This document shows, piece after piece, positions 1-8,834 of a DNA stretch of 64,000 nucleotides. The translations under genes and the position numbers were made by a program. Origin of the DNA: Thermodesulfobacteriota bacterium (GTDB lineage Bacteria; Desulfobacterota; Desulfomonilia; UBA1062). The DNA lies in NCBI GenBank assembly GCA_034716155.1, contig JAYEFR010000079.1, positions 1,444 through 65,443 of the forward strand, given 5' to 3'. Below the pieces are notes generated by a model, which was not told where the DNA came from, ran no database searches, and saw only the letters and a list, made by a program, of their open reading frames with translations. Each line of letters opens with the position of its first letter. Positions within the stretch are counted from its first letter, which is position 1.

Positions 1-79
1 CGTTCAGACACTATTTAGCAAAAATTCGTGTATTGTCCCGCCCTGTAAACAGGCCAATATCCTTTAGCAACATACAAGA

Positions 80-1618
80 TTACTTCCCCTTATATTTGTC
101 CACCAACTTAAACTTGAGCACCTTTCCAGCAAGATTCCTAGGAATATTATCAAAAAATACACTCTTTGGTGCTTTATAGTGCGCCATTCTATCCCTGCAA
201 AAGTTAATTATCTCTTCTTCTGTGCAGGTCTCATCTGGCGTTAAGGTTACAACAGCACTAACTTTCTCTCCCCATGTGTCATCCGGCAGACCTATTACCG
301 CACACTCAGCTATCTTTGGATGTTGTATTAATTCATCTTCCACATCTATAGCAAACACATTATATCCACCGGAAACTATCATATCTTTTAACCTCCCTAC
401 AACATACAAATATCCCTCCTCATCAAACTTTCCAAGATCCCCTGAGTGAAACCATCCATTTTTAATAGCTTCCCTTGTTTTCTCTTCATTTTGCCAATAC
501 CTGGCAGCACCATCAGGATATCTATATATTAATTCTCCAATCTCTCCTTTGGGTTTCTCTTTATCCTCTTCATCCACAATTTTTAACTCATGCAGAGGTG
601 TTGGTGGCCCCACTGCCTCCGGCTTTTCCCTCTTCATATCAGGCTTACTAACCGCTATAAAGCCAGTCTCTTGTAACCCTAAGTGGTCATAAACATTTGG
701 TGTTATCTTCTCCCACATCTGTCTAAGAATATTCTGCGGCAGAACAGCTCCAACGCTTGCCACAGCTCTTAAAGAACTGAGATCATATTTATCAAGGTCA
801 GGAACCATCATCATAAATGAATACGCTGCTGGAGCACCATACATAATAGTAACTTTATATTTCTCAATAGCCTTTAATACCGCTACTGGATCAAAATCCA
901 TATTAATCACAGTTCCCCTTGCTAACATTACACCAGCACCCCAGCTTATTCCTGTAAGAGGAGGGATGATATTTAAAGCTATATCCTGATACGTCATGTC
1001 AAAACTTATCGTATATAATATATGATTGAGAAAATTCGCATAAGATGACCTGCTATATGCTTTTGGAGCCCCCGTTGTCCCAGAGGTGAATCCCAGGCAA
1101 ATTGGAGTGTGGTCAAAAATTTCCACACCTGTTTCAGTTGGCTCATACTTGAGTAAATCATTATAGCTATACTCGCCACCTTCTTTCATACCGAACATAT
1201 ACCTGCCTATCTTTAAATCCACTTGGTCAACAGTTGATTTGAACGCCTCGTCAAATATGAGGGCTTTCGCATTTATATATTTTAATACATTCTCTATTTC
1301 ACTGGGTTTTAACCTGTTGGATAGAGGAACCGCTATCATCCCAGCCCTTATAATTGCGAAATAGGTCTCAAGGGGCTCTATACTACCTACCCTAGATATA
1401 ACTCCTACAAAATCTCCAGGATTACCACGAGTTAAAAGTCCATTTGCTACCCTGTTTGCTCTTTCATCTACTTCTTTGTAACTACGATGGATATCATTAT
1501 TCCCATCTATAATCTCTTTGTTAGGAAAAGAAATAGCAGCATTTTTTAATACAAGCCCAACGTTAAGATGCCCGGGTGGTCTTTCTGTTTTCCAACAATA
1601 AAATTTTTCTTCGCTCAT
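80..1618 (-). CDS. AMP-dependent synthetase/ligase (acyl-CoA ligase family)
   Basis: 512-aa ORF with the AMP-binding signature FTSGTTGAPKA. Last gene of the minus-strand flavoprotein cluster, about 150 nt downstream of the DUF336 gene. Confidence 0.85.
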   Translation of the reverse strand: MSEEKFYCWKTERPPGHLNVGLVLKNAAISFPNKEIIDGNNDIHRSYKEVDERANRVANGLLTRGNPGDFVGVISRVGSIEPLETYFAIIRAGMIAVPLSNRLKPSEIENVLKYINAKALIFDEAFKSTVDQVDLKIGRYMFGMKEGGEYSYNDLLKYEPTETGVEIFDHTPICLGFTSGTTGAPKAYSRSSYANFLNHILYTISFDMTYQDIALNIIPPLTGISWGAGVMLARGTVINMDFDPVAVLKAIEKYKVTIMYGAPAAYSFMMMVPDLDKYDLSSLRAVASVGAVLPQNILRQMWEKITPNVYDHLGLQETGFIAVSKPDMKREKPEAVGPPTPLHELKIVDEEDKEKPKGEIGELIYRYPDGAARYWQNEEKTREAIKNGWFHSGDLGKFDEEGYLYVVGRLKDMIVSGGYNVFAIDVEDELIQHPKIAECAVIGLPDDTWGEKVSAVVTLTPDETCTEEEIINFCRDRMAHYKAPKSVFFDNIPRNLAGKVLKFKLVDKYKGK

Positions 1619-1768
1619 TTTTGTTTTCCCCCTTTTATTTTTTTATACACTTACTAAAGTTACTGCTTCTCTCAACATCCTTTGAAAAACAATCAGGCTG
1701 ACATAACAACAAGTAGATCTATAACTATTGCTTGGCTAAGCTCTCTATCTATATTCCCCGGTATAGAT

Positions 1769-2173
1769 TTATAAGATAGCATCTACTGCTGTTTTACAGA
1801 CAGCTATATCCTGTTTGGGTATATTCCCGCTGACTCCAACAGCCCCGATTACTTCGTTACCATCTTTAATGGGTAAACCGCCAGCCAGAGGTGTGATGCG
1901 GTCATTCCATCCTGTTGTATTGAAACCAAAGCCTGGCATTGTGGAATCACCAAATTTATATATATCAGAACTTGGCATTTTAAAGGCCAATGCAGTCCAA
2001 GCCTTGTCACGAGCTATATCGAAAGTAGGAATCAAAGCACCATCCATTCTCTCAGCAGCAACCAACCACCCATCACCATCAACAACCGCGATAGTGCAAG
2101 GATTGCCCTTCAATAGGGCCTCTTTTATTCCAGCATGAATTAGCTTTTTTGCTATACCTAAAGTTATTTCCAT
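1769..2173 (-). CDS. GlcG/HbpS-like DUF336 protein
   Basis: 134 aa with the DUF336 (GlcG / PduO C-terminal-like) pattern: AVVDGDG..., GAVGVSG. Confidence 0.7.
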   Translation of the reverse strand: MEITLGIAKKLIHAGIKEALLKGNPCTIAVVDGDGWLVAAERMDGALIPTFDIARDKAWTALAFKMPSSDIYKFGDSTMPGFGFNTTGWNDRITPLAGGLPIKDGNEVIGAVGVSGNIPKQDIAVCKTAVDAIL

Positions 2174-2203
2174 TAATCAGCCTCCCATATTATAAAATTC
2201 GTT

Positions 2204-2719
2204 TTACTCATAAAGCGAAGTAGCCCCCGCCTGACTACATAGGTTATCATCTGTACCGCTAGGACAGCCACTAGTCCCGATCGCACCGATAACCTTCATA
2301 CCCATAGATGTGCCTGCTTGCCTGATAGGAATACCTCCGTTTACCGTGCACCACCTTAATTTGTGCCTAAACCCCAAGGATGTCCCATGACCATCTGGAC
2401 CCACACCCATAGCAGTCATAGGGCTAGTCATAATAGCCATCATCCTGGTAGGGGCTGTCATGGCAGCCGCTGTATATGCTTTATCAATAGCAATCTCAAG
2501 GGTTTCTGGCATTAGATTATCTCTATGGACAGCAATCACTGTTCCTGATGCATCAAGAACTGCAACACTGCACTCAAACCCACCATTCCTAGCCCATCTA
2601 AGTGCTGCATCTATCATCTTTTCAGCCATACCTAAAGTTATTTTCTTTATGCATCCATCTTCTTCAAAAACAGTCTCTCTGCTTAATAATTCTTTGTTTA
2701 CTTTTTTTACTTTTTTCAT
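2204..2719 (-). CDS. DUF336 (GlcG-like) protein, second paralogue
   Basis: ORF track gives 2204..2740. The ATG at 2719 (MKKVKK...) has a GAAAGGGG ribosome-binding site and avoids overlap with the upstream stop. AVLDASG, GAIGTSG motifs. Confidence 0.6.
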   Translation of the reverse strand: MKKVKKVNKELLSRETVFEEDGCIKKITLGMAEKMIDAALRWARNGGFECSVAVLDASGTVIAVHRDNLMPETLEIAIDKAYTAAAMTAPTRMMAIMTSPMTAMGVGPDGHGTSLGFRHKLRWCTVNGGIPIRQAGTSMGMKVIGAIGTSGCPSGTDDNLCSQAGATSLYE

Positions 2720-2743
2720 ACAAACACCCCTTTCTGCCATTTA

Positions 2744-3112
2744 TTAAGAGAGCAAATTACTACTAGTAACTAAATCAGCCCCAGTACCTAAAATATTAGG
2801 AATGAGTATATCTCCTGTTTTTAGCGGTGGTTTTGCCCTCACTTTGACCAGAACCTGCATGGCTTTCTTCAATTTTGTCTTTAATATCGGGCTATCAGTT
2901 CTTACCGGCAACAAAGGTTGCGAACTATCTTGAGTGAGGACAGTAGCTGTTAAAATTCGCACAGGATTCTTGTACTCTTCTATAGCATATTTGTGACCTT
3001 CCTTACATTTATTGCCGCTTACTTTTTCTACTTCTTTCTTCTCATTTATAACTAATGTTACTTCACAACCCATGGGGCAACCAACACAAATTATCTTCTC
3101 CTTTTTTGCCAT
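2744..3112 (-). CDS. DUF1667 family protein (Cys-rich small partner of GlpA-like oxidoreductases)
   Basis: 122 aa with N-terminal CVGCPMGC and further Cys/His. 1-nt gap to the upstream oxidoreductase gene. Confidence 0.7.
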   Translation of the reverse strand: MAKKEKIICVGCPMGCEVTLVINEKKEVEKVSGNKCKEGHKYAIEEYKNPVRILTATVLTQDSSQPLLPVRTDSPILKTKLKKAMQVLVKVRAKPPLKTGDILIPNILGTGADLVTSSNLLS

Positions 3113-3113
3113 T

Positions 3114-4364
3114 TTATTTCTCCTTTATCCTCACACAATCTACTGTCGCTTTTCTCTTTTTTATATTCCTTAGTATGCTGGCAGGAACATCTATCTTTAA
3201 CATTGAACTAGGCTTAACTGCCATTTCTGACTTTCTAATAACAATATCATCCATTTTAACCCTGACAAGCTCATCAGGTTCTTTAACACGCATATAAAAA
3301 GTTACATCTTTTTCTCCGCTGATAAATTGAGGTACTATATATCTTATGTTCTTACCTGGTGTTACCTCTATCTTTCTGCTTGGCATCTTTTCACCTTTTG
3401 CATATGCAGCTGCACTTGCCCCAGCTATTTCACTCTCCCAGCTCACATTGTCTACCAAATCGTGTACGTGAACCACATTCCCTCCAGCAAATATGCCGGG
3501 CACACTAGTTTGCCTTGCCTCATCAACAATAGCCCCCCCCACGAGCGGGTCCAACTCCACCCCTGCCATTAAAGAAAGCTCATTTTCAGGGATAAGACCA
3601 ACAGAAAGTAGAAGCGTATCGCAGTCTATCTCACGTTGAGTCCCTGGTATAGGATTTATATTTTCATCTACCGCAGATATTGTCACTCCCTCTATCCTGG
3701 GAAAACCATGGATGTTGCTAACCGTATGCCGCAAAAACAGTGGGATATCAAAATCGTGTACACATTGAACCTCATTCCTGATAAGGCCACCTATATAAGG
3801 GAGTATCTCAACCACCGCCCCTACCTTAGCTCCTTCTAAAGTCAAACGGCGAGCCATGATCATGCCAATGTCTCCTGAACCTAGAATGATTATCTTTTTC
3901 CCGGGAATAAAGCCCTCCATATTAACAAACCTTTGAGCTTGCCCTGCTGTATAGATTCCAGTTGGCCTACTGCCAGGAATGCCAATATTAAATCTGGTTC
4001 TCTCACGGCAACCCATAGCCAAAACAATTGACTTGGGCTTAAGGCTAAAATAGCCTTTTTTATTACTTGCCACCTTTATTTCACGTTTTTTAGATAGCTC
4101 CAAGATCATAGACTCCACTTCTGCGTCTACCTTCAAATCCATTGCCTTTTCTATAAAGCGATCTCTATACTCCGGGCCAGAGAGATCTTCTCCAAAATAG
4201 AGCAACCCAAAACCATTGTGGACACATTGATCCAGCAATCCTCCTAAGCTCTCAGCACGCTCCAGGACAACTACATTCTCTGCACCTGCTTCCTTTGCCT
4301 TTATGGCAGCAGCCAATCCAGCTGGACCTGCTCCTATAACTGCTACATCAACTTCCTGTTGCAT
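3114..4364 (-). CDS. NAD(P)/FAD-dependent pyridine nucleotide-disulfide family oxidoreductase
   Basis: 416 aa with two Rossmann dinucleotide motifs (VIGAGPAGLAAA, IILGSGDIG). Ends 2 nt after the upstream gene. Confidence 0.8.
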   Translation of the reverse strand: MQQEVDVAVIGAGPAGLAAAIKAKEAGAENVVVLERAESLGGLLDQCVHNGFGLLYFGEDLSGPEYRDRFIEKAMDLKVDAEVESMILELSKKREIKVASNKKGYFSLKPKSIVLAMGCRERTRFNIGIPGSRPTGIYTAGQAQRFVNMEGFIPGKKIIILGSGDIGMIMARRLTLEGAKVGAVVEILPYIGGLIRNEVQCVHDFDIPLFLRHTVSNIHGFPRIEGVTISAVDENINPIPGTQREIDCDTLLLSVGLIPENELSLMAGVELDPLVGGAIVDEARQTSVPGIFAGGNVVHVHDLVDNVSWESEIAGASAAAYAKGEKMPSRKIEVTPGKNIRYIVPQFISGEKDVTFYMRVKEPDELVRVKMDDIVIRKSEMAVKPSSMLKIDVPASILRNIKKRKATVDCVRIKEK

Positions 4365-4366
4365 CT

Positions 4367-5857
4367 TTATTCACCCCCTTTTAACAATTCCTTGTTTTTG
4401 TAAAGCAACTCTCGGGATCCAGGCCCTTTCATTGTTATCTCCTCTTCAGGTATCTCCAACTCTCTGGCTAAAATCTTGATCACCCGAGGACGACAAAAAC
4501 CGGATTGACATCGCCCCATACCAGCTCGAACCCTATGCTTAACGCCATCTACCGTAGTAGCCCCTCTCTTAATAGCCTCAACTATTTCTCCTTCAGTAAC
4601 TGTTTCACATCGACAGACTACATGAGCATATCTGGGGTCTTGAGCGATAAGTTGATCCTTTTCTTTATCAGAAAACTCACTAAAGTCAGGTATGGCTTTG
4701 CGCTTAGGATTGAACTTAGAATTCTCCTTTAATTTGAGACCTTCTTTGACCAATAACTCCACCACCTCCTTGGCTGCTGCAGGAGCAGCACTTATACCAG
4801 GATAACCAATAGAGACATTGATAAATCTCGGCACCCTCTTAGAGGCATCAACCACACACTCATGCCAGCCCAATTCAAAATTCTGCATCATCATAAAACC
4901 AGTAAAGTATTTGATTACATCCGATCCCTTTATATCAGGTAACAACCCTTGAACGTTCGCTAAGGCCTTATCCTGCATCTTTTTTGTGGAAGATAAATCA
5001 CCTTTTCTGGCTTCCAGAAGCGTAATGCCAAACATCAAATTGCCATCTACTGTAGGTAATACAACATTCAGTTCACCCGGCATGAGAGGAATACGATAAA
5101 TAGCATGGTTGATTAATCCACCCAATTTCTTATCACAGATAGCAAGATATCCCTTAACCGGATACAAGACAAAATCATCTGCATTTACCATTGCAGCTAT
5201 CTTATCTATATATATGCCAGCAGCATTGACAATAAACCGGGTTTTGATAGAGCCATTATTTGTTCGTACTTCAAACCCTTCTACACCATGAGATATATCC
5301 TCCACCTCTGTGCCCAGTATCATATGGACTCCATTTTCCGTAGCATTTTCTGCTAAAGCTATGGTTAACTTCATAGGGTCAACAACAGCGGCATGAGGTT
5401 CAAGTAACCCTCCAATAGTATCTCTAGTTATGTTTGGCTCCATTTTACGAAGCGTATCCTGATCGATCCACTCTTGAGGCCCAACCCAATCATATCCCAT
5501 TTTTCTCACTTTCGCCGCCTTTGAATCCATCTTGACAAACTTTGATCGCTGAGCATCATTAGAGAATATCCCTATACCTCCCGATATCTTGAATGGTACT
5601 TCTAGCTCCTGACAAAGAGGCTCCATCATGCGCATGCTATCCCAGACAAGTTTGCTCCGATGATATTCAGGCCTATACTCAAGACAATCCTCTCCTTGAT
5701 TGACCATGCCAACATTAGCCTTGCTACTCCCGCAACAAACATCAACCTCTTTCTCCACTAAGGTAACATCAACTTTATACTTGGATAACTCCCTAGCCGT
5801 TGCCGCACCAAGAACTCCTCCACCAATAATTAATACTTCCGTCTCACATATGCCCAT
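4367..5857 (-). CDS. FAD-dependent oxidoreductase with C-terminal BFD-like [2Fe-2S] domain (GlpA / L-2-hydroxyglutarate oxidase-like)
   Basis: 496 aa. N-terminal IIGGGVLG FAD motif. C-terminal CRCE...C...C BFD-like domain. Confidence 0.8.
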   Translation of the reverse strand: MGICETEVLIIGGGVLGAATARELSKYKVDVTLVEKEVDVCCGSSKANVGMVNQGEDCLEYRPEYHRSKLVWDSMRMMEPLCQELEVPFKISGGIGIFSNDAQRSKFVKMDSKAAKVRKMGYDWVGPQEWIDQDTLRKMEPNITRDTIGGLLEPHAAVVDPMKLTIALAENATENGVHMILGTEVEDISHGVEGFEVRTNNGSIKTRFIVNAAGIYIDKIAAMVNADDFVLYPVKGYLAICDKKLGGLINHAIYRIPLMPGELNVVLPTVDGNLMFGITLLEARKGDLSSTKKMQDKALANVQGLLPDIKGSDVIKYFTGFMMMQNFELGWHECVVDASKRVPRFINVSIGYPGISAAPAAAKEVVELLVKEGLKLKENSKFNPKRKAIPDFSEFSDKEKDQLIAQDPRYAHVVCRCETVTEGEIVEAIKRGATTVDGVKHRVRAGMGRCQSGFCRPRVIKILARELEIPEEEITMKGPGSRELLYKNKELLKGGE

Positions 5858-6178
5858 AAGTACTCCGCCTCCTTTTTTATGCTTCTTTTAATGCGAACGT
5901 TCGCTCTATCATATTATATACCACGAAAACTTTTGCTGTCAAGCTTTTAAGTAAATATTTTTTAACCCATTTATGTATTGATCAACGGAATTATACAACC
6001 TGGAAAAACCTAAACCAAATAGTATGAATTTTGAATTTTAGTTCATGTTCTGGAAAAAATATGTAATCAAACAGTTCCAGATACTTCACATATCTTTCTA
6101 CACATTTTTACCGCATGATTATTCCTAACAGGATAATAATATTGACACAGAGAAGTATTTCCCTTATCTATAACTTAT

Positions 6179-6808
6179 ATGAGTGGCATATCAGTTCAGA
6201 AAATTGAACATAATGCGAATCCTAGGGAAAAGCGCGACATAATCGTGAATGTAACGATTCAACTAATCCTTAACAAAGGCGTTGAGTCATTTTCCATGCG
6301 GGATTTGTCGAAAGAATCCGGTTTGAGCGTCGGCCTTATCTATCATTACTTCTCGGACAAACAAGAAATCATTCAGACTGCCTTGCAAACACATATACAT
6401 GATTGCACAAAACAAATTGTATCCGAGATCAATACAATAAAGGATACCAAGAAAAAACTTCAGAAAAAGATTACTGACATATCCTCTATATATAAGGAAT
6501 ATCCCACCCTTTTTAAAATCCTCATAAATTTTATTTCCTGGTCAATGTACAATAACAATGCACAAGTCCTACTGTCTGATATGTTTATTGAGATGAGATC
6601 CTACCTGTCATCTCTCATTGAGGCAACTTTTTCTCCTGAAAATTTGGAAAGGAAAGAAATTGAAAATCTGGCATATTTAATTTTGGGTAGTGCCATAGGG
6701 ATATCTATACAGAAGTGTGTGGACAATAACAAAATAAATACATCGAAGGATATATCGAAGCAATTGTCTAAGATGATTTTTCACTATTTGGATGATCTGG
6801 GAAGTTAA
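6179..6808 (+). CDS. TetR/AcrR family transcriptional regulator
   Basis: 209 aa with an N-terminal HTH (FSMRDLSKESGLSVGLIYHYF). Divergent from the flavoprotein operon across a 320-nt AT-rich intergenic region. Confidence 0.8.
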   Translation: MSGISVQKIEHNANPREKRDIIVNVTIQLILNKGVESFSMRDLSKESGLSVGLIYHYFSDKQEIIQTALQTHIHDCTKQIVSEINTIKDTKKKLQKKITDISSIYKEYPTLFKILINFISWSMYNNNAQVLLSDMFIEMRSYLSSLIEATFSPENLERKEIENLAYLILGSAIGISIQKCVDNNKINTSKDISKQLSKMIFHYLDDLGS

Positions 6809-7133
6809 ATTTACTCTATGAATTCTAAATAATCATGGACTGCTAATTATCGGAAAAAAGTATTACTCCTCAACAATGTAACATCTCACTATTTTAGATC
6901 ATTTCCTTAATGTATTCCAGAAAACACACTGTTAACCACCCAAACCATTGCCTTGTCTATCAAGCTCCATCTTCTGTAAAGATAAATTCTGCAAGTGATA
7001 ATATACTCTTCCTTAGGCTTTGCACCCATTTCTATGGGAGCCATTAACTTAGGCTTCACGTTTTTCAGCTTTCATACAGTTTTCACCACTGCCATAACCT
7101 GTATCCGCATAGAGGGTATCAGGTTTACGACCT

Positions 7134-7361
7134 TTGCTATTTGACCACTCTCATAGGCTCCCTCTGGGTAATACATTCCCCTTTGGCATCAGCGGGGCCA
7201 TCCAGCACACCGCTGCAATCAGTGGCGCTGACTTCATCATCGCTGTCAACAAAAATCCCAATGCCACCATGATGAAGATGGCAGATGTCGCCATTGTCGC
7301 AGACGCCAGCCAAGTCTGTACTGCCCTTATAAAAGAACTAAAAAAGAGGATAAGAAGTTAG
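7134..7361 (+). pseudogene. Remnant of electron-transfer flavoprotein alpha subunit (C-terminal ~55 codons only)
   Basis: GISGAIQH...IIAVNKNPNA...MADVAIVAD matches the EtfA C-terminal consensus. No upstream EtfA sequence in any frame and no etfB nearby. Confidence 0.5.
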
Positions 7362-7450
7362 GCCACCATTATTAAGGTATTCAGCATCCAGTTTGTCCAT
7401 AAAGGATTTATCATATAAACGCTAAGTTGCATGTCTGAGAAGAGTCCTGC

Positions 7451-8650
7451 CTAGCGCTTCGCCTGAGAAAAGGCCTTGTCAAGGTCTTCAATAATATCAT
7501 CCACGTCTTCAATCCCGACGGCAAGCCTGAAAAGGGTATCAGTGACCCCCAAGTCATAACGCTCTTGCCTTGAATAGCCATAATAGCTCACAGTTGCAGG
7601 ATGGTTGATGAGGCTCTCTACGCCCCCGAAGCTCGGGGCGATATAGATCATCTCAAGGGAGTCCATAAATCGCTTTGCACTCTCCATGTCCCCTTTCATA
7701 TCAAAGGTCACCACACCGCCTCCGCCTGTCATCTGCTCTTTTGCTATTCTATAATGCCTGTGACTCTCAAGAAAAGGATAGTAAACCTTCTCCACATCAG
7801 GATGCCCCTCAAGGAAGTGAGCCACCTTCAAAGCAGATTCGTTTTGAATCTTCAACCTCAAAGGAAAGGTTTTGAGCCCCCTGAGGAGGAGGTAGCAGCA
7901 GTGGGGATCAATCAATCCACCCATTGATTTGTGGAGATCACGTATCTTTTCGATCAGGTCTCTCTTGCCTATAACAACACCTGCCATGATATCATTATGA
8001 CCTGCAAGGTACTTTGTGGCGCTGTGTATGACAATGTCTATACCAAAATCTAAAGGCGTCTGGTTTAAAGGCGTTGCAAAGGTGCTGTCAATCATGGTCA
8101 TAACGTTATGCCTTTCTGCGATCTCCTCCAATAGAACAAGATCAAAGACGTTCAAATACGGATTAGTGGGGGACTCTGAGAATATGAAGCGTGTGTTCTT
8201 TTTTATGGATGCCTCAAGTATCTCATAATCCCCAAAAGGCACTATCGTGCATTCAATACCAAATCTCTTCAGGTAAGACCTGCAAAACTCTAAAGTTTTC
8301 TTATAGCTGTCGTCTGTCATGACAATATGGTCGCCGGTATGGACGAGAGACAAAATGGTGGTGGTTATAGCCATCATGCCAGAGGAGAACACAACACAGT
8401 CCTCTGCCCCTCCCATATCCGCCAGCCGCCTTTCCGCAATCTTCTCGGTGGGGTTGCCATACCTGCCGTATTCGAAACGCTCTTTGTTGTTTTTGGTATA
8501 GGCCTCTATCTCCTTGCTATCCTTGAAGGTGAAGGTCGATGTCTGTACTATAGGCGTTGTCAGGGAGTCTGCATACTTCTGCCTTTCCTCACCTGCATGT
8601 ACTGCCCTTGTAGCCAATGATTCTGATCCCTTGTTTTTATGTCTGCCCAT
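7451..8650 (-). CDS. Cys/Met-metabolism PLP-dependent enzyme (cystathionine gamma-synthase / gamma-lyase family)
   Basis: 399 aa. PLP-lysine context SATKYLAGHND. Typical MetB/MetC length. Confidence 0.85.
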   Translation of the reverse strand: MGRHKNKGSESLATRAVHAGEERQKYADSLTTPIVQTSTFTFKDSKEIEAYTKNNKERFEYGRYGNPTEKIAERRLADMGGAEDCVVFSSGMMAITTTILSLVHTGDHIVMTDDSYKKTLEFCRSYLKRFGIECTIVPFGDYEILEASIKKNTRFIFSESPTNPYLNVFDLVLLEEIAERHNVMTMIDSTFATPLNQTPLDFGIDIVIHSATKYLAGHNDIMAGVVIGKRDLIEKIRDLHKSMGGLIDPHCCYLLLRGLKTFPLRLKIQNESALKVAHFLEGHPDVEKVYYPFLESHRHYRIAKEQMTGGGGVVTFDMKGDMESAKRFMDSLEMIYIAPSFGGVESLINHPATVSYYGYSRQERYDLGVTDTLFRLAVGIEDVDDIIEDLDKAFSQAKR

Positions 8651-8834
8651 TCTTACACTCCTTTATCGCTTGCAATCACGATTTAAAACTTAAAAAAACA
8701 AAGCCCCTATATTCAGGCATGGTTTTTATGGCTAGTATATTGAGCCTTTTCATGTCAAGGTCAAACATACACAAAAACCAAGATGTCCTGCTCGTGGCCC
8801 AAATCTGGTGAACCCGCAAAAAGTCTAAAAAGGC

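Noticed and set aside
222-449. Numerous 60-120-aa ORFs in the six-frame track lying antisense to or nested inside long genes (e.g. 222-449, 1815-2138, 9735-10016, 16704-16910, 43760-44098, 54458-54802).
   Set aside because: Each lies within a longer ORF with clear family motifs, shows low-complexity composition and lacks a ribosome-binding site. Treated as frame-shadow artefacts.
8651-8834. Possible SAM riboswitch or S-box upstream of the cystathionine gamma-synthase-family gene.
   Set aside because: The reverse-complement leader shows none of the SAM-I conserved segments and no convincing SAM-II pseudoknot. There is only a generic AT-rich leader with a ribosome-binding site.
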